The notes under the pieces are model-generated. The model worked only from the letters and a program-made list of their open reading frames with translations, was not told where the DNA came from and did no database searches. A stretch of 63,274 nt of DNA, the filler included, from Guillardia theta CCMP2712 (taxonomy: Eukaryota; Protista; Cryptophyta): assembly GCF_000315625.1 (NCBI RefSeq). It is 5 parts of 5 records of this genome, joined end to end, with 100 filler letters (N's around TTAATTAATTAA, not from the genome) between each part and the next. Parts side by side here need not be neighbours in the genome. Positions count along the whole stretch, not along the records: positions 1 to 16,998 come from NW_005434658.1; positions 17,099 to 31,321 come from NW_005434309.1; 3 more parts are not named here. One strand, 5' to 3'. The position numbers and the translations under genes are program-made. This document shows positions 12,961 through 25,701 of this stretch, in pieces. Every line of letters begins with the position of its first letter. Within the stretch, counting starts at the first letter, position 1.

Positions 12961-14343
12961 CAGGGCAAAGGACAGTGGGGTAGGGTAGGGTTCATGTCTA
13001 GTAGTGAGTTAAAGTGGACCCCATAGATGTATATCAAATGTACGGGTGATGGTGGAAGGAATTAAATGAGGAAAGGGGTAGGGGTCCTCGATTGATGCTG
13101 TGTTTCCAGTATAGGGTGGGGTTGATAGAATGACAGCTCAAAGAAGACCCCCACCCCTCCTTACACACCCCTACGATGCCCGACCACAACCCTACCCTTA
13201 TGCTATGACCGGCTTCACAGGAATTTTCCTTGTACCACCCTACCCTTAGAGACACTTCACAACCCCACCCCCTTAGTGGATCGTACGCAATGTGCCCTCC
13301 CTCCTTGTGATGTCAGTGATCAAAAAAAATTAAGTTCCCCTACCCACCATCTGTAGTCACCAACACGGGGCAATCGGTGGGGTAGTGCACCCCAAAATAC
13401 CCACCCTTACCATCGGCTTGAAGTTAACCTTTGTTAGATCTCAAGGGTTCTATGATACCTTTCAAATCCTTTATGAGACTTAAAGAATCGATCGGGTTAC
13501 TCATACTACAAATCATTCAAGTACCCTTCCTCCCACCCCCCACCTTCCCCGACGATGTATTTCAGCCCACCCACCCACCGCAGTGTCGTTTCTAGCAGTG
13601 ACACCCCCTTTGCGACCGGCTGTACACGTGTACTGTGCTAAATCTTTATAACTCAACAAGAACTACTGATAACTTTAAGTTTATCATTTATTTATATATA
13701 TATTGTACTATAAATCGATCCTTGGGTGAATTAGGTACAGACTCAGGTTGTAATCCTTGTCTCTGAGGTACTACTTTCTCAGTACCAGCGCAGCCTCTGG
13801 TACAAACGTACCTGTGCAGTCCCCAGCGAACGGTTCGAAACGGTCCTGGCTGCCTTTTGTAACGTTTTGCAACGGTTTGAACACCTTAGAGCTCACACCT
13901 GAGCTCGCCTCAGAAAGGTGATGTATTGCAGGAAACAGGCAGGAAATGATGTCGGGGAGAGGAGGGGGAGGAGGGGGAGGGGGAGGGGGAGGGGGAGGGG
14001 AAGGGAGACTAGTCGTTGTGGCCAGTAGAAGATGTAGAATGGAATGATGAAGTGTAGAACGTGCAAGAGCTTGGGGGATATGCAAGGACGTCTGAACGAA
14101 TTGTGCGAAGAGACAAAGGTTTCGTGAGAGGATCAAAAGTGCAACGGGAAGGAGGCAGGAAGGAGGCCGGAAGGAGCGTGAGTGAGTGAGTGAGTGAGTG
14201 AGTGAGTGAGTTTATGATCCGACGTGATAGGCTGGGATATCACCAGGTGTAGGAGGATGCAGAGAGGGAGGGAGTAGGCAGGAAGACAGGGCAGGAGGAA
14301 GCCACATGGAAGGCTCTTGACAAGGTCGACACACAGCTCCAAA

Positions 14344-14677
14344 ATGGGCAGCAACAGTGCGGTAGCGGACATGTCAAGTAGCAACCAGGAGTCCTACCTA
14401 GACAAGCAATGCCGGTGAGCACCATCATTTTCCTCCATTCCCTTCGTTCTGCTGTCATGCTGACTAAATTCACCTCCCAGGATCTGTCACAGCGCGGAAG
14501 GAGAAATGTTCAGCCCCTGCCTGTGCAGGGGGAGCGGCCGGTGGGTTCACCGGAGCTGCTTGCAAGAGTGGAGGGTGAAGTCAGATCGCAACGACAGCTA
14601 TCATACGGTCAGACAAACTCGACTCGCGATCGTCATCATCATCTCCTGCTGCTCCTGCTACCACCACCACTTCAGCT

Positions 14678-14755
<78 letters not shown>

Positions 14756-16378
14756 AGCTCCTTTCTGCTCTTTCTCCTCCTGGTTCCTTTTCTTTTGTTG
14801 CTCTTGCTCCTGTTTCTGCTGCTTTCATTGAGTCTTTGATCAGTGTGAACTGTGCAAGTTCCGGTACAGGGTCACCTACGCCACCTGGGCGAAGCTGTTG
14901 AACAACGGCATCATTCAGGCAGGTTGCTGTGAAAGGTCTTGCTGCCCTCATGGCCGCCTGCCGTGCAGGTTTGCATCACCTTAGCGATCGTGGGCTCCTC
15001 GATCTTTGCGGGTAGAGGAGGAGGAGGAGGAGGAGGAGGAGGAGGAGGAGGGTCAGAGGGGAGGAAGGGACTGACAGGAGAACAAGGGATGTTGGCATGG
15101 GAGCTGCTGGCCCGCTGCTTCGTTTCCTTCTGCAGCGAGTCCCTGGACTCGTTCAGGTGAGCGGACGCTGGGGACGCGCGAAGTCTCAAAGGAGGCGGCA
15201 GGTTCGTCATCGTAATGTTCGGGCACGACCTGGGCTACTTGTTCGGGGGAGTGATCATGGCCAAGACATTCGTTATCATCTTCCAGGTTCTCCTGCCTTG
15301 CTCCCCTCCGCCTCCTCCCCGCGTGATCCCATCGCGTGCAGTTGTTCAAGCAGGACAGGCCGGAAGTTCAGAACATGGTGACAGTGACGATCGTGGGCTG
15401 ACGTTAGTCTTCCCTTGACCCGTGAAATCAGGTTGGTTTCCTAGCCTTCATCGTCTTCCTTGTGCAGAGCAGGTAGAGGATGAACGCTGGAGTGTTTCCT
15501 CTTGACATGAAAACGTTTCTTGTGCTCTCTCTCGTTTCGCCCCTGTTATGTCACGCCCTCCCCACCAACCCCTCTCCTCTCCTCTCCTTCTCTCCTCTCC
15601 ATCCTTCTCTGCTTTGTCCTTCTCGTCCTCGTCCTCGTCCTCCTCTTCTCCTCCTCTTCTCCTCCTCTTCTCCTCCTCTTCTCCTCCTCTTCTCCTCCTC
15701 TTCTCCTCCTCTTCCTCACCTTGTTTCTCCTCTTTTTTCGTCCTCGTCCTCTTCCTCGCTCGCTTTCTCTTGCAGAGTTTTCTCCCCTGGCACGGACGGC
15801 AGCGATAGAAAGGAGATGGCGGAGGGAAACAGCGATATCATGAAAGAGTTCAAGCTCCTACAGCATTATGCACCGTAAGCTCTGCGAGAGGAGGGGGAAG
15901 GGGAGGGGAAGGGGAGGGGAAGGGGGGGAGCGAGAGCGAGAGCAAGAGAGAGCCGGGCAGGGGGAGAGGGCGGGGAAGAGAGGGCGGGGAATCAGGTTTG
16001 AGTCATGGAGGGGAGGAGGGGAAAGAGGACTGAGGAGCTCTAACAGTCACTACTTCCTCGTCGTCTACGCTGCCACCACTACCAAGTGGTACTTCTCGAT
16101 TGTACAAGAGGTGAGGAGGGAAGGGAGCGAGTGAGGAAGGGAAGAAGAGAGTTGCGAAGGATGACGGAGGGGCACCGAGGAGGAGGAGGAGGAGGAGGAG
16201 GAGGAGGAGGAGGAGGAGGAGGAGGAGAGGAGGAGGAGAGGAGGAGGAGGCGAAGTATGACAAGGGAGAGTATGACGAGGAGGAGGGAGAAGAGAGTCTG
16301 TGTACTGAAACCTCATCCTAGCTGGCAGCAAGAGCAATGAGGACGGCGACAGTGGTGGAGGAATATCGCAAGGAGTAG
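14344..16378 (+). CDS. RING-CH (MARCH-type) membrane E3 ubiquitin ligase
   Basis: Spliced CRICH..MFSPCLCRGSGRWVHRSCLQEW..CELCK (C4HC3 RING-v) followed by hydrophobic segments; ends ..VVEEYRKE*. Confidence 0.85.
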
Positions 16379-16998
16379 AGGAGGAGAACATAGTTGTAGT
16401 ACCTGCGGGAGAGCAGTTGAAACTGTAAAATAAGTGTAATGAATGAAAGAATATTTTGAAATATCTTCCTCCTGCTCCCCCGCTCCTCCCTCCCTCCCTA
16501 ACGGCCTGTTGTCCTCTTCTCCTCCCTTGCTTCCTCTTGCATCTTCCCGCTCCTCATGCTCGCAACATGGATGCAAACGCCGAGCTCGGGTCTGCAGCCA
16601 AATCCTGCGATGCCACGTCAATGAGGGAGCGAGGACAACTCACATAGGAGGACGAGGAGGAGGAGGAGGCGGCGGAGGCGGCGGAGGAGGCGAGAGGAGG
16701 GGAGGCAGCAGCAGAAGCTTCGTTGCACCTGAGGGCTTCCCATTTCAAGCACGGTGCCGTCGGATAGAACGCAAACCTGGAAGCATTCAAGCATGAGGGG
16801 CTGCAGTTAGAAGGAGGAGGTGGAGGAGGAGGAGAAGGGAGGAGGTGGAAGAGGAGAAGGAGGAGGAGGAGGAGGAGGAAGCCCTATCCCCGCCCCGTGG
16901 AAAATGACTCGAGCTCAAGTTAACATTGCACCCTGAGTAGCCTGCTCGATCAAGCCTGAATCTGAGTTTGTGATCATATACAGGCGCTCACTGCACTC

Positions 16999-17098
16999 NN
17001 NNNNNNNNNNNNNNNNNNNNNNNNNNNNNNNNNNNNNNNNNNTTAATTAATTAANNNNNNNNNNNNNNNNNNNNNNNNNNNNNNNNNNNNNNNNNNNN
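16999..17098. other. Artificial contig linker (N44-TTAATTAATTAA-N44)
   Basis: Six-frame-stop 12-mer at 17043-17054 inside Ns. Confidence 0.97.
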
Positions 17099-18104
17099 GG
17101 ACTGATAAGTATCAGTTGTAGTAATATCCAGCTGTCAGCATTGCTGCTGCTGACCACCCGCTTTACTGCCTGCCAGGATCGTCTCCTCGATGAGGCCTGA
17201 CCGATGCTCAGGGGCTTGCGCTTCAAGGTGATGGAGGGGCTGGTGATGATGCTGATGATGGAGCCGAAGCTTGACGATGAGGCTAGACCTGCAGCAGCAC
17301 TCGAGGCTGGCCAGGCTTGGCTAAGGGCTCGAGCTCTCACGCTCAAGCTGCACCCCCAGGTCCTGAAGCTCAAGCTCAACTGTCGACGATATGGAGGGGG
17401 AACGCGCCGTCAGCCTCTGAGCCTGTCGACCCTGATGCGGGCAGCGACGAGTACTCCTGGCTGCATGGCCTGGAGGCAGACCCACACGCTCTAGCCCAAG
17501 CCGACGAAGACTCAAGCTCAAGCTCAGACTCAAGCTCAGCCCCAGCTTGCGCCGAGTCGTTGAAAGGTTCTACACCTAACCCGCCGCTGGATCTGCCTGG
17601 CATGTGTGAGAGCATGTACGCGCCATGCTGGGTCGGGGGCAGGCGCTGGACGAGCTCACAGGTGCTAGCCGAGGCGCATGGGCAGGTGGAGGGAGGGCTG
17701 CTGAGGGCACAGACGTCGAGAGCAGCATCGCAGGCAGGCATCGTGGAAGGCGGAAGGCAGGAATGGTCACTGAGTGGTAAAAGTNNNNNNNNNNNNNNNN
17801 NNNNNNNNNNNNNNNNNNNNNNNNNNNNNNNNNNNNNNNNNNNNNNNNNNNNNNNNNNNNNNNNNNNNNNNNNNNNNNNNNNNNNNNNNNNNNNAGGCTT
17901 CAGGGCGGTTAGCGCGAATCAGCAAAGGTAGGCCGTTACCCCTACGTTCTCCCTTCCCTCCCCTTCCTTCTTCCTAGCTCACATACCCTCCTCCCTGACA
18001 CCATCCTCCTGACCTGCTCCTGCCGTCTCTTGAGGCTCCATCCGTTGACAAACATACCGCTGAGCCTGCAGGTGGCTCCAGCAGCTGTCACGAGGCTGCC
18101 GTCA

Positions 18105-18533
18105 CTACCTCCCTCCTCTCCTCTCGTCACAAGCTTCCCTCCCTCTTTCCCCTCTCCCATCCCTCCCACTCCCTCTCCCCTCCCTGCCTTCTTCCACTCC
18201 CTTCGCCTGCTGCTCCTGTGACGCCTCCTGGGTGTCGTCTCGCCGCCGCCGCCCTCCTCCTCCCCTGCCTCCCGCGGCTGCTCGAGATGTCGATGCGTCG
18301 GCATGGCCTTGGACGTCTGGCCCTGACGCCTCCGCCTCGCCGGGGGAGGAGACGAGCTTGATGAAGTGCTTCTGGGCGTGCGACCTGACCTGCTGGACCG
18401 ACCTCGTCCCGATGAAGCTCGCCATGCTCCTCTCCGCCCCCGCCCCTAGCCCCACGGGGATCCTGCCCTGCGTCACCAAGCTCCGCTCCTTGTGCCCGAA
18501 CATCTACTGCGCGATCCTGAAGCGCGCCTACTC
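18105..18533 (-). CDS. SHAQKYF-class Myb transcription factor, copy 1 (partial; 5' part in gap)
   Basis: FIGTRSVQQVRSHAQKHF; substitutions and stop codons next to the gap edge. Confidence 0.7.
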
Positions 18534-19607
18534 NNNNNNNNNNNNNNNNNNNNNNNNNNNNNNNNNNNNNNNNNNNNNNNNNNNNNNNNNNNNNNNNNNN
18601 NNNNNNNNNNNNNNNNNNNNNNNNNNNNNNNNNNNNNNNNNNNNNNNNNNNNNNNNNNNNNNNNNNNNNNNNNNNNNNNNNNNNNNNNNNNNNNNNNNNN
18701 NNNNNNNNNNNNNNNNNNNNNNNNNNNNNNNNNNNNNNNNNNNNNNNNNNNNNNNNNNNNNNNNNNNNNNNNNNNNNNNNNNNNNNNNNNNNNNNNNNNN
18801 NNNNNNNNNNNNNNNNNNNNNNNNNNNNNNNNNNNNNNNNNNNNNNNNNNNNNNNNNNNNNNGACAGGTGATGCTCCCCACGTTCGGTTAGTAAAGAGGT
18901 GTGGTAAAAGGAGAAATAAACTCTTGAATCTCAAGGTGCCGTCAGCAAGAAGGGATTGCTGACATATCAAGGCTTCCCCATCTTCAAGTCACAGGCCTGC
19001 TGACGTCTCTTTACCACTCTTCTTGCGTCTTGCGGGGGCGAACGAGGAAAGACGGCGGCAACCTGGGGCTGAGCTTGAGCCTGAGCTTGAGCTTGAGCTT
19101 GAGTCTTCATCGGCTTGGGCTAGAGCGTGTGGGTCTGCCTCCAGGCCATGCAGCCAGGAGTACTCGTCGCTGCCCGCATCAGGGTCGACAGGCTCAGAGG
19201 CTGACGGCGCGTTCCCTCTCCATATCGTCGACAGTTGAGCTTGAGCTTCAGGACCTGGGGGTGCAGCTTGAGCGTGAGAGCTCGAGCCCTTAGCCAAGCC
19301 TGGCCAGCCTCGAGTGCTGCTGCAGGTCTAGCCTCATCGTCAAGCTTCGGCTCCATCATCAGCATCATCACCAGCCCCTCCATCACCTTGAAGCGCAAGC
19401 ATCAGCATCATCACCAGCCCCTCCATCACCTTGAAGCGCAAGCCCCTGAGCATCGGTCAGGCCTCATCGAGGAGACGATATGTCAGCAATCCCTGCTTGC
19501 TGACGGCACCTTGAGATTCAAGAGTTTATTTCTCCTTTTACCACACCTCTTTACTACCCGCCCCCCTCTATTTTACCCTCCGCCTCCATCTGAGCGACAA
19601 GATCAGC

Positions 19608-20199
19608 ATGCAAGACTGCTTCCTCCACCATCAGACTCCCCCAGCCATCGACCCGGCAGCACTCGACGAGTCGGTGGACGAGGCTGTCGCCCGCCTGGCG
19701 GCCAGCCAGCCAGCCTTCGCCGACCCCTTCCTCCAAGACAGCCAGGCCCTACACGCCCATCCCCTCCTCGAGCACTGGCAGTGGGACCCGCCTGGCGAGG
19801 GCGTCGAGAGCGACGCGAGCGCGGGGAAGGAGGAGGGCGGGGGAGGGTCGGGGTCAGCAGGCAGGCCCAAGACAAAGCAGCCCGCCTTCAGGCGTCACCC
19901 CTGGACCGAGGAGGAGGAGGCGCGCTTCCGGATCGCGCTGGAGATGTTCGGGCCCAAGGAGCGGAGCTTGGTGACGCAGGACAGGATCCCCGTGGGGCTA
20001 GGGGCGGGGGCGGCGAGGAGCATGGCGAGCTTCATCGGGACGAGGTCGGTCCAGCAGGTCAGGTCGCACGCCCAGAAGCACTTCATCAAGCTCGTCTCCT
20101 CCCCCAGCGAGGCGGAGGCGTCAGGGCCAGACGTCCAAGGCCATGCCGACGCATCGACATCTCGAGCAGCCGCGGGAGGCAGGGGAGGAGGAGGGCGGC
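19608..20199 (+). CDS. SHAQKYF-class Myb transcription factor, copy 2 (3' end in gap)
   Basis: RHPWTEEEEARFRIALEMFG...GTRSVQQVRSHAQKHF. Confidence 0.85.
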
Positions 20200-21832
20200 N
20201 NNNNNNNNNNNNNNNNNNNNNNNNNNNNNNNNNNNNNNNNNNNNNNNNNNNNNNNNNNNNNNNNNNNNNNNNNNNNNNNNNNNNNNNNNNNNNNNNNNNC
20301 AGGCAGGCTTGTGACGAGAGGAGAGGAGGGAAGGTAGGGAGGCAGCCTGTGGCTGGAGCCGCAAGCGGGCTAAGGGTGCTTGTGTTGGTTGACGGATGGA
20401 GCCTCAAGAGAGGCATAGATCTGGTCAGCAGGAAAGCCACAGCACGACAAGATATCAAGGAGGGAAGGGAGACCGTAGGAGTAACTCTCTCTTGTGTAAT
20501 ACAAGTCATGACATGGTGAAGCCTGATGCTCTGAGAGATAGCGCTCGTCCGCTTGGTGCCGACAGACGTCGAGGGCGCCATGGCAGGCCGGCAGCGAGAG
20601 AGGCAGGAGAGGACGAGGGCGTCCGCATCCGAGCCGGAAGAGGGACTAGCAGCATGGACCAGCAGCCAGTCAAGCACAAGGAACGAGGAAGAGAAGAAGA
20701 TATACAATCATGTCAGCAGGCGTTGCTGCTTGCTCGACCCGCTTCCTCTGAGAGATAGAGGATGAGAGCAGACGGGCCTAAGGGCTCGAGCTCTCAAGCT
20801 CAAAGCCTGACGCATCAGCTTGAGCAGCACTATCCACATCATTGCAACGGCTACCAGGCACGTCAGCCTCTGAGCCTGCCGACCCTGATGCGGGCAGCGA
20901 CGAGTACTCCTGGCTGCATGGCCTGGAGGCAGACCCACACGCTCTAGCCCAAGCAAGCCCCCACCGACGACGCGCCGAGTCGTTGAAAGGTTCTACACCT
21001 AACCCGCCCCTGGATCTGCCTGGCATGTGTGAGAGCATGTAGGCGCCATGCTGGGTCGGGGGCAGGCGCTGGACGAGCTCACAGGTGCTAGCCGAGGCGC
21101 ATGGGCAGGTGGAGGGAGGGCTGCTGAGGGCACAGACGTCGGCTGCTGAGGGCACAGACGTCGAGAGCANNNNNNNNNNNNNNNNNNNNNNNNNNNNNNN
21201 NNNNNNNNNNNNNNNNNNNNNNNNNNNNNNNNNNNNNNNNNNNNNNNNNNNNNNNNNNNNNNNNNNNNNATGGTCACTGAGTGGTAAAGTCACCGGGGTA
21301 GTAAAGTCACAGCACCTGTCAGCAAGGCGTCGCTCCAGTGCCGTTGGGCACATGGATGAGAAGTAGCTTAGTTAGTCCTCTGCGTTCCTCTCAGAGCATC
21401 AGGCTTCACCATGTCATGACTTGTACTATACAAGAGGCCGTTACCCCTACGTTCTCCCTTCCCTCCCCTTCCTTCTTCCTAGCTCACATACCCTCCTCCC
21501 TGACACCATCCTCCTGACCTGCTCCTGCCGTCTCTTGAGGCTCCATCCGCTGACATACCGCTGAGCGTGCAGGTGGCTCCAGCAGCTGTCACGAGGCTGC
21601 CGTCACTACCTCCCTCCTCTCCTCTCGTCACAAGCTTCCCTCCCTCTTTCCCCTCTCCCATCCCTCCCACTCCCTCTCCCCTCCATCCGTCAACCAACAC
21701 AAGCACCCTTAGCCCGCTTGCGGCTCCAGCCACAGTCTGCCCTCCCTACCTCCCTCCTCTCCTCTCGTCACAAGCCTGCCTGCCTTCCCTCTACACTGCT
21801 GACCTGTCCTCTGCTAGTCTCCTCGCTTGCTG

Positions 21833-22333
21833 CTACTGTGACGCCTCCTGCTTGATGAAGTGCTTCTGGGCGTGCGACCTGACCTGCTGGACCGACCTCG
21901 TCCCGATGAAGCTCGCCATGCTCCTCGCCGCCCCCGCCCCTAGCCCCACGGGGATCCTGCCCTGCGTCACCAAGCTCCGCTCCTTGGGCCCGAACATCTC
22001 CAGCGCGATCCGGAAGCGCGCCTCCTCCTCCTCGGTCCAGGGGTGACGCCTGAAGGCGGGCTGCTTTGTCTTGGGCCTGCCTGCTGACCCCGACCCTCCC
22101 CCGCCCTCCTCCTTCCCCGCGCTCGCGTCGCTCTTGACGTCCTCGCCAGGCGGGTCCCACTGCCAGTGCTCGAGGAGGGGATGGGCGTGTAGGGCCTGGC
22201 TGTCTTGGAGGAAGGGGTCGGCGAAGGCTGGCTGGCTGGCCGCCAGGCGCGCGACAGCCTCGTCCACCGACTCGTCGTGTGCTGCCGGGTCGATGGCTGG
22301 GGGAGTCTGATGGTGGAGGAAGCAGTCTTGCAT
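21833..22333 (-). CDS. SHAQKYF-class Myb transcription factor, copy 3 (C-terminal deletion)
   Basis: Same Myb domain; jumps from HFIK to QEASQ*. Confidence 0.8.
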   Translation of the reverse strand: MQDCFLHHQTPPAIDPAAHDESVDEAVARLAASQPAFADPFLQDSQALHAHPLLEHWQWDPPGEDVKSDASAGKEEGGGGSGSAGRPKTKQPAFRRHPWTEEEEARFRIALEMFGPKERSLVTQGRIPVGLGAGAARSMASFIGTRSVQQVRSHAQKHFIKQEASQ

Positions 22334-23088
22334 GCTGATCTTGTCGCTCAGATGGAGGCGGAGGGTAAAATAGAGGGGGGCGGGTAGTAAAGAGGTGTGG
22401 TAAAAGGGAAGTGATATCTGAAAGTGCCGTGCCGTCAGCAAGAAGGGATTGCTGACATATCAAGGCTTCCCCATCTTCAAGTCACAGGCCTGCTGACGTC
22501 TCTTTACCACTCTTCTTGCGTCTTGCGGGGGCGNNNNNNNNNNNNNNNNNNNNNNNNNNNNNNNNNNNNNNNNNNNNNNNNNNNNNNNNNNNNNNNNNNN
22601 NNNNNNNNNNNNNNNNNNNNNNNNNNNNNNNNNNNNNNNNNNNNNNNNNNNNNNNNNNNNNNNNNNNNNNNNNNNNGTCGACAGGCTCAGAGGCTGACGG
22701 CGCGTTCCCTCTCCATATCGTCGACAGTTGAGCTTGAGCTTCAGGACCTGGGGGTGCAGCTTGAGCGTGAGAGCTCGAGCCCTTAGCCAAGCCTGGCCAG
22801 CCTCGAGTGCTGCTGCAGGTCTAGCCTCATCGTCAAGCTTCGGCTCCATCATCAGCATCATCACCAGCCCCTCCATCACCTTGAAGCGCAAGCCCCTGAG
22901 CATCGGTCAGGCCTCATCGAGGAGACGATCCTGGCAGGCAGTAAAGCGGGTGGTCAGCAGCAGCAATGCTGACAGCTGGTCATTGGTGCTGACGGCACTT
23001 TCAGATATCACTTCCCTTTTACCACACCTCTTTACTACCCGCCCCCCTCTATTTTACCCTCCGCCTCCATCTGAGCGACAAGATCAGC

Positions 23089-23743
23089 ATGCAAGACTGC
23101 TTCCTCCACCATCAGACTCCCCCAGCCATCGACCCGGCAGCACTCGACGAGTCGGTGGACGAGGCTGTCGCCCGCCTGGCGGCCAGCCAGCCAGCCTTCG
23201 CCGACCCCTTCCTCCAAGACAGCCAGGCCCTACACGCCCATCCCCTCCTCGAGCACTGGCAGTGGGACCCGCCTGGCGAGGGCGTCAAGAGCGACGCGAG
23301 CGCGGGGAAGGAGGAGGGCGGGGGAGGGTCGGGGTCTGTATAGCTTCGACCATGTAGATCACAATTCGGATTTCAGGCGTCACCCCTGGACCGAGGAGGA
23401 GGAGGCGCGCTTCCGGATCGCGCTGGAGATGTTCGGGCCCAAGGAGCGGAGCTTGGTGACGCAGGGCAGGATCCCCGTGGGGCTAGGGGCGGGGGCGGCG
23501 AGGAGCATGGCGAGCTTCATCGGGACGAGGTCGGTCCAGCAGGTCAGGTCGCACGCCCAGAAGCACTTCATCAAGCTCGTCTCCTCCCCCGGCGAGGCGG
23601 AGGCGTCAGGGCCAGACGTCCAAGGCCATGCCGACGCATCGACATCTCGAGCAGCCGCGGGAGGCAGGGGAGGAGGAGGGCGGCGGCGACGAGACGACAC
23701 CCAGGAGGCGTCACAGCAGCAGGAAATGAAAGGAGGGAAGTAG
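23089..23743 (+). pseudogene. Myb copy 4: interrupted by foreign sequence containing a stop (pseudogene, or rescued by a 43-nt GT-AG intron)
   Basis: TAG at 23341-23343 lies in a segment absent from the other copies; the Myb domain follows in another frame. Confidence 0.65.
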
Positions 23744-25094
23744 TGACGGCAGCCTCGTGACAGCTGCTGGAGCCACCTGCAGGCTCAGCGGTATGTTTGT
23801 CAACGGATGGAGCCTCAAGAGACGGCAGGAGCAGGTCAGGAGGATGGTGTCAGGGAGGAGGGTATGTGAGCTAGGAAGAAGGAAGGGGAGGGAAGGGAGA
23901 ACGTAGGGGTAACTGCCTCTTGTATAGTACAAGTCATGACATGGTGAAGCCTGATGCTCTGAGAGGAACGCAGAGGACTAACTAAGCTACTTCTCATCCA
24001 TGCGCCCAACGGCAATGGAGCGACACCTTGCTGACTGATGTCTCACGACGCTGATGCCCCTCTTTCTTGCCTGCCTGCCATGCTGCTCTCGACGTCTGTG
24101 CCCTCAGCAGACCTCCTCCACCTTCCCACGCTCCTCCAGTGCCTGCCCCTGACCGCCCAGACGATGCAAGGGATGCTCGGGCGAGTCGTAGCCCGGACGA
24201 GACATACGGCGGGGAGACCTTGAGGGTGAGCTTCAGCTTCAGCTTTATCTTGAGCTTGAGCTTTAACTACAGCCTCGAGCATGGGGCCTACATCCGCCTC
24301 GGCGCATCGTCGGTGGGGGCTGGGGAGAGCAGCTTCTGATGCTGTCGAGGCTTGCTTGGGCTAGAGCGTGTGGGTCTGCCTCCAGGCCATGCAGCCAGGA
24401 GTACTCGTCGCTGCCCGCATCAGGGTCGACAGGCTCAGAGGCTGACGTGCCTGGTAGCCGTTGTGATGATGTGGATAGTGCTGCTCAAGCTGATGCGTCA
24501 GGCTTTGAGCTTGAGAGCTCGAGCCCTTAGGCCCGTCTGCTCTCATCCTCTATCTCTCAGAGGAAGCGGGTCGAGCAAGCAGCAACGCCTGCTGACATGA
24601 TTGTATATCTTCTTCTCTTCCTCGTTCCTTGTGCTTGACTGGCTGCTGGTCCATGCTGCTAGTCCCTCTTCCGGCTCGGATGCGGACGCCCTCGTCCTCT
24701 CCTGCCTCTCTCACTGCCGGCCTGCCATGGCGCCCTCGACGTCTGTCGGCACCAAGCGGACGAGCGCTATCTCTCAGAGCATCAGCTTCACCATGTCATG
24801 ACTTGTATTACACAAGAGAGAGTTACTCCTACGGTCTCCCTTCCCTCCTTGATATCTTGTCGTGCTGTGGCTTTCCTGCTGACCAGATCTATGCCTCTCT
24901 TGAGGCTCCATCCGTCAACCAACACAAGCACCCTTAGCCCGCTTGCGGCTCCAGCCACAGTCTGCCCTCCCTACCTCCCTCCTCTCCTCTCGTCNNNNNN
25001 NNNNNNNNNNNNNNNNNNNNNNNNNNNNNNNNNNNNNNNNNNNNNNNNNNNNNNNNNNNNNNNNNNNNNNNNNNNNNNNNNNNNNNNNNNNNNN

Positions 25095-25701
25095 TGATGA
25101 AGTGCTGCCGCCGCCCTCCTCCTCCCCTGCCTCCCGCGGCTGCTCGGGATGTCGATGCGCACCCACGGCCTTGGATGGCTGGCCCTGACGCCTCCGCCTC
25201 GCCGGGGGAGGAGACGAGCTTGATGAAGTGCTTCTGGGCGTGCGACCTGACCTGCTGGACCGACCTCGTCCCGATGAAGCTCGCCATGCTCCTCGCCGCC
25301 CCCGCCCCTAGCCCCACGGGGATCCTGCCCTGCGTCACCAAGCTCCGCTCCTTGGGCCCGAACATCTCCAGCGCGATCCGGAAGCGCGCCTCCTCCTCCT
25401 CGGTCCAGGGGTGACGCCTGAAGGCGGGCTGCTTTGTCTTGGGCCTGCCTGCTGACCCCGACCCTCCCCCGCCCTCCTCCTTCCCCGCGCTCGCGTCGCT
25501 CTTGACGTCCTCGCCAGGCGGGTCCCACTGCCAGTGCTCGAGGAGGGGATGGGCGTGTAGGGCCTGGCTGTCTTGGAGGAAGGGGTCGGCGAAGGCTGGC
25601 TGGCTGGCCGCCAGGCGGGCGACAGCCTCGTCCACCGACTCGTCGTGTGCTGCCGGGTCGATGGCTGGGGGAGTCTGATGGTGGAGGAAGCAGTCTTGCA
25701 T
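25095..25701 (-). CDS. SHAQKYF-class Myb transcription factor, copy 5 (3' end in gap)
   Basis: Same Myb domain. Confidence 0.85.

Noticed and set aside
12926-12990. (TAGGG)n as a telomere
   Set aside because: Short, internal, between two genes, and not a canonical TTAGGG/TTTAGGG unit.
16424-16440. TGTAA after the RING-CH and HPPD stops as a chlorophyte-like poly(A) signal
   Set aside because: Not seen after several other genes; too few cases to support.
17043-17054. Palindromic TTAATTAATTAA occurring four times
   Set aside because: Always centred in 44+44 Ns; an artificial six-frame-stop linker. Gene neighbourhoods across these joins are meaningless.
18500-18533. Stop codons in Myb copy 1
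   Set aside because: Clustered at the edge of an N gap, where base quality is suspect.
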